NCBI GenBank assembly: GCA_951406725.2
Contig: OX597814.1
Coordinates: 91,574,001-91,638,000 of the forward strand
Direction of reading: 5' to 3'
From: Octopus vulgaris
Taxonomy: Eukaryota
Length of the DNA stretch: 64,000 nucleotides
The notes under the pieces are model-generated. The model was not told the DNA's origin. It was given only the letters and a program-made list of their open reading frames with translations, and searched no databases. Of the stretch, positions 25,610 through 41,107 are shown piece after piece (position 1 is the first letter of the stretch; each line of letters begins with the position of its first letter). The translations under genes and the position numbers were made by a program.

Positions 25610-26363
25610 TTATTATTATTCAGTAGTTTTATTTTTATTTTTTAGCGTGCTTTCACTTCACTACCGAGCGCAGCTCTGTGTGCCTTGGGTATGTGCTGTG
25701 ATTTGTTGTGATGCTCTGATGGTTATTGTATGGAAAGTGTTCTGCGTAGGATGTGTGCAGTGCCTAGTAGTGCAATTTTCTGTATGTTATATGTGTTTGT
25801 AAGTCCTGGTGTTTTTGTTATGTATTTGTCTGAATATTTTTTATCATGCCTAATGCACCTACTATGATAGGAATTGTTTCTGTTTTCAGATTCCACATTC
25901 TAGTTACCTCTATTTCCAGGTCTTTGTATTTTGAGAGTTTCTCCATTTCTTTTAGAGACACGTTGTCATCTGCCGGTACTGATACATCAATTAGAAAGCA
26001 TTTTTTTCTTCATGGTCTCTGACAACTATATCTGGTCTGTTGGCCTTAATTTCTCTATCTGTGTGTATCGGCATATCCCAGAGTATGGTTGCTTTCTCGT
26101 TTTCTGTCACCTTTTCTGGTGTGTGCCTATACCATCTTTTTTCTGTTGTTATTCCATAATGTTGGCATAGCTTCCAATGTATGTAAGTTCCAACTCTGTC
26201 ATGTCTGTGAATATATTCCTTCTTAGCCAGGACTGGGCAGCTAGAGATAATATGATTTATTGTTTCTTGTCCATCTCCACATATTCTGCAGTTACTTGTA
26301 ATATTTCTTTTCATTACATGTTTTTGGTAATTTCTGGTGGGGAGGCTTTGGTCTTGTGCTGCA
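25610..26363 (-). mobile_element. 5'-truncated R4/Dong-like LINE with a restriction-like endonuclease, inserted in (TAA)n
   Basis: The ORF reads CRICGDGQETINHIISSC...YIHRHDRV...IKANRPDIVVRD (CCHC, RHD and PD..D motifs). It has a 3' (TAA)n tail and a long (TTA)n tract at the 5' junction, 26365-26420. Confidence 0.92.
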
Positions 26364-26423
<60 letters not shown>

Positions 26424-26579
26424 TATTTATTTTTTTTATTATTACACGGAACACTGCTCGTGGATTTCAAAGAGGAAGGACGTGTTCTCGTGAGTTATAA
26501 GATTTTGTGCAATATTTACAGATAACATTGCCGTATCTGAAAAATGTTTATGACATTTCTATGGCCAGACCGACTGGGC

Positions 26580-27720
26580 TCTAGGCGGGACTTTTCCCCT
26601 TTTGGGGCAAATTTTCAACTTAAAATCTCCAGCTTTTCATTTTTCGATTTTTAAATTGGTAACAATGTCCTTGGAGAAGAGTGTCAGCTCTTCCTTTCTT
26701 TTCGACTTCCCTTCCCCGCAAATATTTAAAATTAATTTTCTCCGCCCACTCCGCGCCTTAAAAGGCAGAGAGTGGGACGACAAAAGCTTTCCTACCGCGT
26801 GCAACACAGCAAAATAAGGAAAAGAAAGAAAAAAAAACTGCGAGAATGAAGAGAAAAAGAGCAAGGAAATTCAGATAATGGGTGCTGCCTGCTTTGCAAC
26901 ACCGGTGGATCCAAGCCCTCCAACTACCACAAGAAACACTAACACATTGGCCATCCAACAACAACAACCCAATGCATTAAACAGCCGAAGTTTTGCTTTA
27001 ATAGCAAAACCAAGCAATGAATTAATAGATGTCTGTAGAACCTCGCAATGGCTACAGAAACATTTTAAAAAGTAAAAGCGAATGATGCGTTTCGATAAAC
27101 GTATCAACAGATATTATAGAGAAAACAAACATGGCGAGCTGGCAGAAACGTTAGCACGCCGAGGTCGACTTTGCCTTTCATCCTTTCGGGGTCGATAAAT
27201 AAAGTACCAGTTTCCCACTGGGGTCGATGTAATCGACTTAATCCCTTTGTCTGTTCTTGTTTGTCCCTTCTATGTTTAGCCCCTTATGGGCAGTAAAGAA
27301 ATACATAGTGTACAAAACTATATCATGAAAAGATAAACGTTTACAAACTGCCACAAAGCAAGTAGTTGAAAAATGCTTGCAACTCATTTGGAAAGACGTG
27401 ACTTATCTGTCGAGGGGTAAGAAATATGGCATAATGAAAGTTAAATTTGCTACAGAAGATGTAGCAAAACGGCCCTCAAAAGTCCAGCTGAGAAACAGCG
27501 AACTTGTCCTAGTTCGATCATATTGGAACGGCATATGGCCAAAATAATAATACTGGCGATACCACCAGAAATGAACGCTTGCTTGATTGTCGCGGCCGCC
27601 CTTCTCGATTTGGAAGATAAAATCAGAATCATTGAAGTCGAGAAACAAAGAAAAACAAAACAACTTGACTGGTCAAGAAGTGGGGAAGGGCTGTCTATTT
27701 GTGCAGTAGGGAAAGATGAG
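26580..27720 (+). mobile_element. Decayed LINE 5' region / ORF1-like sequence (tentatively Tx1-like), interrupted by a SINE
   Basis: The broken frame reads MGAACFATP...RSFALIAK...IVYKTIS.KDKRLQTATKQVVEKCLQLIWKDVTYLSRGKKYGIMKVKFATEDVAK...AKIIILAIPPEM. A homologous fragment is at 3800-3895. Confidence 0.55.
27131..27303 (+). mobile_element. SINE with an internally deleted head
   Basis: It has a head ggcgagctggcagaaacgttagcacgccg and a core gtcgactttgcctttcatcctttcggggtcgataaataaagtaccag. Related copies are at 19250 and about 55700-55870. Confidence 0.8.
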
Positions 27721-27819
27721 TTTATGATGGCTAATAATCCTTTTCCTAAGCAACATATTGCAAGAATCGCATTGTATTATAGGTGCTGGTTGGGGTTGGT
27801 GGCTCTGTCTTTCCTCTCT

Positions 27820-28036
27820 CTCTTTACTCTTTTACTTGTTTCAGTCATTTGACTGCGGCCATGCTGGAGCACCACCTTTAATCGAGCAACTCGACTCCGG
27901 GACTTATTCTTTTGTAAGCCCAGTACTTATTCTATCGGTCTCTTTTGCCGAACCGCTAAGTAACGGGGACATAAACACACCAGCATCGGTTGTCAAGCAA
28001 TGCTAGGGGACAAACACAGACACACAAACACACACA

Positions 28037-28077
<41 letters not shown>

Positions 28078-28234
28078 GACGGGCTTCTTTCAGTTTCCGT
28101 CTACTAAATCCACTCACAAGGCTTTGGTCGGCCCGGGGCTATAGCAGAAGACACTTGCCCAAGATGCCACGCAGTGGGACTGAACCCGGAAGCATGTGGT
28201 TGGTTAGCAAGCTACTTACCACACAGCCACTCCT
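27820..28234 (-). mobile_element. tRNA-derived SINE with an internal (TA)/(TG) microsatellite
   Basis: The head is AGGAGTGGCTGTGTGGTAAG...GGGTTCAGTCCCACTG. The body recurs at about 5460, 9700, 33960 and 53880. Confidence 0.9.
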
Positions 28235-29330
28235 TCATTCTAGCTGTTCTCTTTTCTTCATAACGTGATGTCCCTACTACTATTACATTACGCCAAGGAA
28301 TGCGTTGGTTGGCTATCATTTCCAAGTAATTTTGGTCTACTTTCAAGAATTTCTTTGAATTGGCCTTTGTAGCTTCGCGAAGGGCGTCCGCGATGGCGTC
28401 TCTCAGTGTTCAGTTCCTCAAATAGTTATATCATTCGGAGCCTATTTCTTCCCCATGCGAGCAATGTGGCCTGTCCATCTGCGGTGCTTGATAACTGTGG
28501 CCTCCTTACTAATTTTTCCTCTCTCTTTATTACTTCAACGTTGGTAACTTAGCTTGGCCATTCAACGTTCAAGATTACGTGGAGTATATTTTAATGCAAT
28601 TGTTCAAGCTCTTTCAGGTTATTGTGGTAAAGTATACATGTCTCACACCTATACATCCGGGTAGACAAAAGTATGACAATGTACACCATCACTTTGGTTT
28701 GCATAACAAGATTACAGCTCCCAAAGACTCTACTGGGAGTAGAGCATAATGTATACATGCATATATACTTAGATATATCCTAACACATACACACGCACGG
28801 CGCAATAATAACAACGTGGGCATTGGTGCATGACATTCTGAGAGACATGTTTCCACATACTGTGTCACGTCAGTAAAAAGTTCGTTCGCTGAAAGTATAA
28901 GCAAAATCACCGACAACCTTTAGGCTCAGATTTCCAGCTGCTTCCTGAGGAAACAAATATATTCCAGAGTGCTGCGTGCCAATGAGTTGATTTCGTTGAA
29001 CTCACTGTCGATGTAAATGGGAAGGTTTATTCCCCAAAGACGTACATTATAGCAATCAACATACTTTTCACTCGACTCTGCCTAAACTTTTAAGAATAAA
29101 TATACAAACAATCGGTTCAAATCTTGCTGTTTACTGGACCATTGACGGTTTTCTAAAATAAAGAGTTTTGCATAAGATAAATATGCTGCGCATAAATCCG
29201 TAGCCTTTAATGTCGTTTGTATGTTTCTAACCATATGTCAGTCTCTCGTTATCATCCCTACCGATTTTTTTCTACTTCGCCTTCTTTCTCCATCCATCTA
29301 TGCATACATACAATTGAACATAAAATCATC

Positions 29331-29361
<31 letters not shown>

Positions 29362-30125
29362 CTACAAGAGAGATTCTGTTTTTCTGTTTGTCGCACAAAA
29401 CATAAGGGAAAAACATCTCATTTATAAGCGTGAGTGTTTTGTCAACTTTCATACTTTAAATATGGAGATGATAATGATGATTATGGTCTGACCAGAGCTA
29501 AAGCACCAACATTTTCAAAGAATCGACACCTTTCAATCCCACTCTCCCCCTCTCTCTATTATCTTTCTATTGGCCGGAAATTGTCCTGTGGCGAGAATAG
29601 TCAGCGTTCAAGACACTGACAACCACAACATCATATTTATTTATTCAATTGTTTATTCAAGGATGGTAAGTTCTGCCAAATTAAACACAGTCACTCTCTC
29701 TCTCCCTCCCTCTCTCTCCCTCTCTCCCTCCACTCTCTACCTCTCTCTCTCCCCTCCCGCTCCCTCTCTCTCCCCTCTCTCTCCCTCTCTCTCCCTCTCT
29801 CTCTCCCTCTCTCTCCCTCTCTCTAATGACTGCCACAAGTAAAAAAAGAAAAGCATTCTATGGTCAATACGTTCAACTAAACATTATTCAAGGCGGTGCC
29901 CCAGCATGGCCAAAATCTAATAACAGAAAGAAGTAAAACGTGAAAAGAATTTAGTCGAGTGAGTGTTTTGTACATTTCCACCAATATAGCAGAACTCTAA
30001 AGAAATGGCGCTGCTATTTTGTTATCTGTCTCTCTCTCTCTTTCTCACTCTCTAAAAGAATACATATACGCACGCACACACACGCACGCACACACACATA
30101 CACAGACAGATAAACACACACACAC

Positions 30126-30158
<33 letters not shown>

Positions 30159-30520
30159 TATATTCGTTCTTGTTTCAGATAAACTTATTTTTCTAACTTT
30201 TCCGTTCAGATATAAATATACAAATTTCTCTGATATAAGCAGATACCATCAGTCAGAAAAGTCATGCGCACACAGACACAAATTCACAGCGAAACGAAAA
30301 TCATCGACACACCAACAAAGAGACAACCACACAATGCCTTGCCTTGCCCTACATTCCTGTAATATAGCCTCGGAATTTCAGCAAACACATTGACACTATT
30401 CAGCATTTGTCAATTCATTTCACTATTACTTCCTGATATTCACATCAATTGTACTTTCATTTCATTAAAACTTACAGATATTGCTTATCAAAAACATTTC
30501 TCATTTCCTTAAGCTAGTGT

Positions 30521-30790
30521 TCTATATAATATGCCTTTTTTCCTTGCATTAGTGGGAGATAGCGTCCGAATTTCATTTCATTATTACTTACTCATATTTA
30601 TTATGAACAAATCTCGCTTACAAAGACTGGCGGAGAAGGAACACCAATCAAACGCACGACGTGCAACAGAAAACGATTATGAGACACGCGCACGGCTTGG
30701 TGATAAGCGTCAAAGAAAATCAACGAAACGATAAATAAGCAAAATAACACATGCAACTCACTTCATATTGTCATATTATAAACAAGCACA
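30521..30790 (+). mobile_element. Possible Helitron 5' fragment
   Basis: It starts TCTATATAAT. The frame RLQRLAEKEHQSNARRATENDYETRARLGDKRQRKSTKR resembles the charged E.R.RL repeats at Helitron RepHel N-termini. Confidence 0.45.
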
Positions 30791-30799
30791 GGTTCATGT

Positions 30800-32687
<1,888 letters not shown>

Positions 32688-33959
32688 TATACAATTGTGT
32701 ATATGAATATATATTGTAATCTTCCAATACTGAAACACGTGTAGTTCCTTCATATTTAATAAATATAAGTATTGACTAAAGTATGTTATAATTAATGAAG
32801 TACATAGCTGACAATTTAGTTTATATCCTTTAAGTGTTATTTCGTGATGTGCAAACTGATACCATGAGTTTACCGTCAGATATACTCATTAGGTTATTTT
32901 TGTATTATCTGGAATTGAATATCCGCTTATCGATTAATCTCCCAAAATTGAATATTAACTTTTATCAGATACTTTGTATATTTATAGATAAATATATAAA
33001 TATACGATAAATAAGACCCCAAAGTACGATATGTAGATGCATATAACGCTGTAGGGTTACACCTGATTGATTTGGAAATTTGTTTTCCCAAATTATTTAT
33101 ATATAATAATATAAATAATATATATATATGCATATATATAGACATACATGTACATGCCTATATATATGTATATATATATATATTTATACACGCTTACATA
33201 CATGTACAAACATGTTATGTACGTATGTATGTATGCATGTATGTATGTATGTATGTATGTATGTATGTATGTATGTATGTATATGTGTATGCGTAAGTGC
33301 TAGAAGTTTGAAACATGTGAATAAGTGTTCATTCATATAATATTTGTACTTTGTCATTATGACTGGTCATGATGTATCTATTTTATCATTTGTTTCTTTG
33401 TGACTCTACTTCAAAATCAGCCTTAGGGATAGCACCCCCGTCGTTGTTTTGCTGAGGCACAATTTGCCGGTTTCGTTGCAGACTGAATGCAGAATGTCTT
33501 TTAACAGCAACGTGTGATGGATTCAATCACACAGTGATGTATAAATGATTCTGAATTTACTAGGTTTCATAACGTTTCCTATAGCCACGCTTAATTTCAA
33601 TTTACATCTGTTCATCCCTGATTTATATTGGTTTACTTCATTGCTACTTTAGATCATTAATGAGATGAGACATCACTGGTCACTAATTGCCACGCTATTG
33701 AAGTAAGAGTGAAGTGTTTCATAATATTTAGTGCCTACTTAAGATCAAAAGATTAATTAATTCACTAATAAAGAAAAAATACACATAAAGTAAATATAAT
33801 TAACAGGAGCAATTATATATTTTTATATCTCTGTCGGAAAACTTTAGATATTGGTATTACACACACAGATATCAACACGCATACACACACAGGATTGCAC
33901 AAACATACACACTCATACTCATTTACACTCACACATATACGTATATACATAGATACTTT

Positions 33960-34160
33960 TTTTCCTTTTTTCCTTTTATTTGCTTCAGTTAATTGAGCGC
34001 GGCCATGCTGGAGCACCGCCTTTAGTCGAACACATCGACCCTGGAACTTATTCTTTATAAGCCTAGTACTTATACTATCGGGCTCTTTACCGAACCGCTA
34101 AGTTACGAGACGTAAACACTCTAACATCAATTGACAAGCGAAGGTGGGGGGACAAACCCC
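33960..34160 (-). mobile_element. Partial SINE of the family seen at 27820
   Basis: The shared blocks are gcggccatgctggagcaccgccttta and ccgaaccgctaagt. Confidence 0.85.
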
Positions 34161-34710
34161 ATTATTTCTGTCTACCGTCTTTATCTCTCTTTTGCCTTCC
34201 ACCCTCTATCTTTCTCTTTCTTTTTGTCTCCAACTCATTTCTCTCTCTTGCCTCTCTCCCTCTGCCTTCCACCATGCCTTCTTTCTCCTCCCAATACCAC
34301 GTGACCTATGACCATTCACATCTCTGTCGTCCATTTCCTTTTTCGCTTAACCGCTTAATCTCAGTGTGAGATTTCAAACGAGTGAAGAACAATTCATGTT
34401 AGTTGTTCTACAGTTGAAATTTTGCTTGTTTTTTAATCATTTGCATATTTGCAATCCCCACGTTTCACGCTCTGGCTATAGTATTCTCTCTCTCTCTCAT
34501 TTGTTCCCTCAACATTGTGTTCGTGTTTCTATCTATTGCATGGAGAATGCCCACTTTTATATGATACGAGATTGACGAAATACCAACGTGATATAAAACA
34601 ATTTTTGAATATTTGTTATAAATATGAAGCTATGTCTAAAGTATAAGGGATTGCTTCATCTCTTATTTATATCTTACGCCTACTTTCAAATCATATCTGC
34701 TGAACACTAA

Positions 34711-37655
34711 CACTGGTCAAAAAAAAAAAATTGAGATGGTCTCGAGACACCAAACATCTTTTCTTAGCAAATTTGAGGGCGCTGAATCTGAAAATGACCA
34801 TGGTTTGTCTTAATTAGCTACCGGTTTTGCTGTACAGAAATGCCTCATTTTTGAAAATGAAATAAAACATTCGTGAGTATAAGAACTATGGTAAAAATTT
34901 TCTCTTTCTTGATTGTCTGTTATGTTCAATGTTATTTGAGTCCTTTTTGATACTCCAGCAGTAGTCAGCCATCATTCGTTTGTCCCACCGACCCTGCTAG
35001 CGCTCTTCCATTGTTTTGATATCCTGATGGAATCGTTCTCTATGCTCATCACTCTCATCGCCACAATTATTCGAAAATTTATCTAAATGGCTATGTAAAA
35101 AATTAACCTTAATACTCATGTTAGCGCCTATCTCCTGTATACTTTTCTACTAACTCCTTGTGGTTTTCGGCCCGGCGATTGCCTAAGAGGTTTTTCACCA
35201 CGTCAATAAATGATGCCCAGGCGCGTAATCCCAAGTCATTTATTCAATCAACAAATTCATCATCCTTAATGAGTTACCTAATATCAGAACCGTCAAACAA
35301 TTCTGCTTTGAGTTTTTCGGTGCTAAGTCCTGGAATTGATTTACATATATACTCAAAATATTTGATTTCTTTGTCGAGTGATTTTACAAACTGTTTCATT
35401 AATCCCAATTTGATATGCAAGGAAGGGAAGATGATTTTTTTTCATTCGGAACTAGCACTGCACTGAAAACGTTTTTTTCAATGACCTTCAACTCTTGGGG
35501 TGGCCAATCTTTCCTTTTTCCGTGCTCCTATTTTGCTCTACTGTCCCACATAGGCAAAAAAAAACCCCAAAAACATGTTTGATGGCATCATGTTTTTCTT
35601 TCAGTGTTGTTGAATGGCCTATAGGTATTGGCGCATACATGTTGATATTATGAAGCAAAACACATTTCAAACATCATTTTGAACTATCAATGAACAATCT
35701 CCATTCATCAGGATAGTATCTGCGGACGCCTAGTCGAAGAAAAACGCTCTCAACGTTATTCCAATGAACAAGATCCGTGTTCTCTTAAAAATGCTTCAAA
35801 TTCGGCATGCCTATTTCGATAGAATGTTACCTTTGTGTCTTTTGCTAAGAGATATATTTCGTTGAGCCCAGAGGCGAACATCTCTGCTGATTCTTTGCAT
35901 AGATTTAAGTCTTGAGCCAAATCATTCAGCTCATTTTGGTTAAATGGCACTGGCACGGTTCCGAGAACATAGTAAGGATAATTTCCGCTGTCTTTCATTT
36001 AAATGAGCATCAGACTCATCACTTTCAACAAATCATCTGAATGCGGTATTGGTCAAATAGCGGAATGGAAACTGGGATAGTCGGTAGATCTGTGTTTCCT
36101 TTGGTTCTAGTCCCGCTGAGCAGAAGTGACATTCGTCAGACTGGTTTTTTGGCTCACGCCCGATCATAGGAATAGCGAATCTCAGCGATTTTCGGGTACC
36201 TTACATTGTCTCATGTGTTCAAAACATGTCTTTCAAACAATGTGAAGGGCCCATGATTTGCCCTGATCACCTAGCTCGGCGTGAATGTAAGCGCGATAAG
36301 CTTTCTTGTAAAAGTCAGATATCGGTTTCCTGTTGGTTTTCGGTGTGAACTCGCCGCATGTATAGCAAAATAAGTTGGGATCATTTTTGTATTAATTCGT
36401 TGAAGCTATGTCATTTGATATCTATCTCTATGATTAAAAAAGAACAGTAGTTGGTTGAGCATTTATATTACACTTTACGTGTTCACATTTAGGTAATTTA
36501 CAGAGATGGATGCAAGAAGCAAACGCGGGCTGGACAACATAAATGAAATGACTGATGAACAAAATAATGATATTGATAAGAGAAGCAAAGGACGCCCGCT
36601 GATCAATGCCCCCCGAGAACACTGTTCTTTCTTGTCATTTTTTGTCCATTTTAAATATTTAAACACAAGTGAAGTAATGAACCTCTTACAGTAGTCAAAA
36701 AGTTCTAATTCAATCGAGGCGCCAAGACCTCTTACTCCACTTCCCCGATCAAATCTGTCGCCGTCCGCAGGCAATCCTGCAGTAACAAGTCGGAGACCCA
36801 GAAAAGATGTAATTGAATTCCTCCTTCCAAAAGGCCTGCATTATCTTACAAAAGCAATTCTCCTCAATGACCTCCGCAGCAACCTGCGGAGGCCAATGTG
36901 GGCTATCAATGCAGGTCGGGACCGCCAGTTCCCGACCTTCAAAACGTCTTTCCTAATGCCCTACGGAAAGACTCGTAAAACTGTCAGTAGCAAAAGACAG
37001 AAAGAGTCGTTACGATGATTCTCCTTTGTATCTTCGTAATCCCGCGTGGAGGACAGATGTTATGGTGAACCATTTTCAATGTGTTCATCATGTACAATCG
37101 ATAGAATAGGTGATTTCAATTGGGATGGCTTTAGTTGGAGGTATTTTTCCAACTGTTAAAACAAAAGCTCTTAATGTGCTTGGTTTCCTTCTCTATTGAA
37201 GGGATAAACGTGATGGGATATATTCATGAATATCAAACAGAAGATTTTAGGATTTTATATTTTTGATTTTACCTTAATTATCAGGTTTACTAAAGTGTAT
37301 TTCTGATAAAGTTTATCACTTAATTTGAATTTTGGTAACAAACTGGAAAACTTCGGTGCTTCTATTTTAATAGTACAGATTCAAAAACGCTGTTTTTGTA
37401 ATAAAAATAGTTTATTTCAGGAGGCTGACATAAATTGCTCGGCCTACCTGAAAATATATGGATTTCTACTACCTTTTTAAAGTAAATTTGCCGATCAGCC
37501 AAGATCGTAAATTGATCTTTTTCACAAAAATGAGCAATTTCAGTAGAGCAAAAACTGTAGCTAACCATGAAAAGCTAAGGTCATTTTCAGAATCAGCACC
37601 ATCAAATTTGCTAAAGAATGTGTAATTTATGTTTACCGAAAATTTGTTGCTTGTT
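34711..37655 (-). mobile_element. Decayed CMC/Chapaev3-like DNA transposon
   Basis: The left end is taa|CACTGGTCAA. Diverged inverted ends are gcaaatttgagggcgctgaatctgaaaatgacc (34768) and ggtcattttcagaatcagcaccatcaaatttgc (37579). Minus-strand fragments read ICGEFTPKTNRKPISDF.KKAY....LGDQGKSW and HSHLDKFSNNCGDESDEH.ERFHQDIKTMEER..GRWDKRMMADYCW. Confidence 0.8.
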
Positions 37656-38147
37656 TATCCATTTTCATTATGCTGGCGTTTTGAAGTCATCTTCACAGAA
37701 CGATGGACTCATTAGCAGATCTAATGCAATAATGATAATTAACTCCATTTGTCACTAATTATCAACGTATGTTAATTACTACAGCCTGTCGCAAACATTT
37801 TAGAAAGAGCATTGTTCAGGTGATTAATTACAGAAGAGGACAAATAAATATGCTATTAATATACTAAAACAGAATGAATAATAGAATTTCATATTTATGT
37901 CGAGAAACTTATAAGGTACACAAAAACTAAAACCCACTCTCATATTCATATATATATATATATATATATATCGAAAGTGATGACTTTTATAGTTTGTATA
38001 TTTATTTCTGTTCCTTATCTCTCTTCCATTCTAAACAAAACTGTCGGACGAACGGGAACGTATAACTCTGAGTAACACTTTTCCTACTCTACCTCTGGTA
38101 TTCGAGTACTATTTTTACAACTTGTTTCGCATTTATGTGCTTGTTCC

Positions 38148-38199
<52 letters not shown>

Positions 38200-38205
<6 letters not shown>

Positions 38206-39280
38206 TGGTAGTGAAACATGGGCTGTGACTGCTGAGGATATGCGTAAACTCGCAAGAAATGAAGCCAGTATGCTCCGATGGATGTGTAATGTCAGTGTTC
38301 ATAATCGACAGAGTGTAAGTACCTTGAGAGAAAAGTTGGACCTAAGAAGCATCAGTTGTGGTGTGCAAGAGAGACGTTTGCGCTGGTATGGTCATGTGAC
38401 GAGAATGGCTGAAGATAGTTGTGTGCAAAAGTGCCACACCCTAGCAGTTGAGGGAACCTGTGGAAGAGGTAAACCCAGGAAAACCTGGGACGAGGTGGTG
38501 AAGCACGACCTTCGAACTTTAGGTCTCACCAAGGAAATGACTAGAGACCGAGACCTATGGAAGTATGCTGCGCGCGAGAAGACCCGGCAAGACTAGTGAG
38601 AACATAACCTGTGGCCCACATACCTTTCCTTCTTGGGACACAAAACTCCACTTGTGAAGACCCGTTGAGGCAAGTGAAAATCAAAATCAAAATCAAACCA
38701 AATCAAATCCGATATCAGAAAGCAGAACCAAAATCGAAGTCGATCAACATCAATGGAAATTGCAGCTGTGGTACCAGTGCCGGTGACAAGTAAGCGAACC
38801 ATCCGATCGTGGCCGTTACCAGCGCCGCCCCGACTGGCCTCCGTGCCGGTGGCACGTAAAAGCACCATCCATTCGTGTCCGTTGCCAGCCTCGTCTGGCC
38901 CCCGTGCCGGTGGCACGTAGCACCATCCGTTCGTGGCCATTGCCAGCGCCGCCCCGACTGGCCTCCGTGTCGGTGGCACGTAAAAGCACCATTTGTTCGT
39001 GGCCGTTGCCAGCCTCGCCTGGCCCCCATGCCGGTGGTACGTAAAAAGCACCATCTGTCCGTGGCTGTTTGCTAGCTCCGTCTGGCACCTGTGCGGGTGG
39101 CACGTAAAAAGCACCCACTACACTCAAGGAGTGGTTGGCGTTAGGAAGGGCATCCAGCCGTAGAAACACTGCCAGATCAGACTGGGCCTGATGCAGCCAT
39201 CTGTCTTCACAGACCCCAGTTGAACCGTCCAACCCATGCTAGCATAGAAAGCGGACGCTAAACGATGATGATGATGATGA
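38200..39280 (+). mobile_element. 5'-truncated RTE-clade LINE 3' end with a tandemly repeated 3' region and (GAT)n tail
   Basis: The ORF reads YGSETWAVT...MLRWMC...RLRWYGHVTRM...GRGKPRKTW. It is followed by five units of about 60 bp (38798-39115), then ggttggcgttaggaagggcatccagccgta and (GAT)n. Confidence 0.9.
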
Positions 39281-39488
39281 TATATATACATATATATAAT
39301 GTGATGACTTTTTGCCAATATAATGTCGCAGTCCCAGGATGGGACGAATCATACTGTTATTTGACCCCAGGAAATATCGTTGCCAGCCGGAACTGCCACA
39401 TTTTGTTGGCAAAAAGTCATCACCTTATAGTGCTGTCAGTGTGTATCTCACTTTAAGAGATTTAGAAATAATATTATTTCTATTTTCA

Positions 39489-39519
<31 letters not shown>

Positions 39520-39522
39520 AAT

Positions 39523-39585
<63 letters not shown>

Positions 39586-39603
39586 TACAAAGTGATATAC
39601 AAA

Positions 39604-39629
<26 letters not shown>

Positions 39630-39643
<14 letters not shown>

Positions 39644-41107
39644 AAAGTGAGATAGGGGTTGTGAGTGTGACACATTTTCGGATTTCAGTTATCCAATATA
39701 TCCAAAAGGCTAATACATAAATGCATTGCAATTATTGCATGAATGGACATATTTTCTGCGCCATCGGACATTTCCGTCACTTTCCGCCGGAAGCAATTTC
39801 TGGTGAAGCCTTTCTTTGCGATATCAATTAACAAATCGCAGGGACAGACACTCTCAGCCGCGGGAATACATCTGGGCGAGCCCTGCTTTTCGCATCGGCA
39901 ACTTTATGTTGCCTGCTCCCGCGTTGGAAGTAGGAATGCCCTGTTTATATCTGCCCCTGAGGGTAAAACCCGCAGCGTTGTTTACAACAAGATTTTGGAT
40001 AAGCATTTATAAAAGCGTTGGTATACCAATGCTATTTTCAAAGAAAACAATTCTCACTTTGTCGGATGTTTATTAAGTTAGGTTAAAGGGCTAGGTCCCA
40101 TTTTGTAAAGGCTGTCGGTAAGTTTTAGTAGGTTTTGTCAATGCAGATCTCCAAAGCTACATTCTTCAATGGTCCTTAATATATTACAGTCTTCCTCCTC
40201 CGAAACAAACCAGTCATGCACATTTCCACAGCCAATTTCCTCTACGGCCATGTCGTTTAGAACCTCTAGGATGGGTTAGTGATAGATCGGGATTAGAAGC
40301 TGACTATTAGAGACTCCCGAGTTCCCTTCCGTAAGGTTAGTCTAGGTTTTAGTTGAAGGCTTAGTTGTGTTCCGAACCTAACCTCCTCCGTTTCAGTAGA
40401 TCGGGAGCCCAATTAGCCTTCCAGCAAAAATACATACCAATCATTTATACCTTAGTTAACCTTGATGTCTTACGTGGTTCTATGCGTCATGAATTTATAA
40501 CTGTTGACCTTACTGCGTTACTTGCTTCAATGCATCATACTCATAAAATCACTTTGAATGCTGTTTTTGTGCTCTAATTGCTCTGCCTTTTCGCCGGAAT
40601 CAGCACTCTCCGCACCATTGCTATTCACTCATAGGACGAGGGGTGTTAGGTGAGGGGGTTGGTGTCAAAAGGGCTGGTATGTGCAACTTGATCACCTCTG
40701 CCAGTCAAACTCTCAACCCATGCGTTCCCGTTGCGACTCAGCTGGCGCAGAACTGGGTTGGGTATGAAACCAAAACTCAACAAAAACGAGATTTATGCGT
40801 ATTTTCAAAATCATGCTATTTTGCGGCCAAATTCGAGTTTTTCGCTTCCTTCTGCCTCCTTTTTTGCCCGAATAATGGCATGTGCACAGTCCCGCTAATT
40901 TTCCATGATTATGCCGTTCCAGGTGTGAAAACCGAAGTCTAATGAATATTAATTACTCTCATAAAAATCTCCAACTAGCTCATAAACACAAAACTGAAAT
41001 GGGATAAGAAAGTTAGCATTTGATGTAGTGAGAATTTTTTTACTGCGACCCGGCAACGAACAACAAGCACTAGCACTAGACTCGGCAACGCCGGGTCATA
41101 GTGCTAG
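39630..41107 (+). mobile_element. Non-autonomous Helitron with a PIF1 helicase C-terminal remnant
   Basis: 39743-40012 reads FRRKQFLVKPFFAISINKSQGQTL...CFSHRQLYVACSRV. The 3' end has a GC hairpin gactcggc-aac-gccgggtc followed by CTAG|T at 41104-41108. The 5' boundary is uncertain because it lies in a TA tract. Confidence 0.9.

Noticed and set aside
38798-39117. CRISPR-like array
   Set aside because: Whole units are repeated without unique spacers, the context is a eukaryotic LINE, and there are no cas genes.
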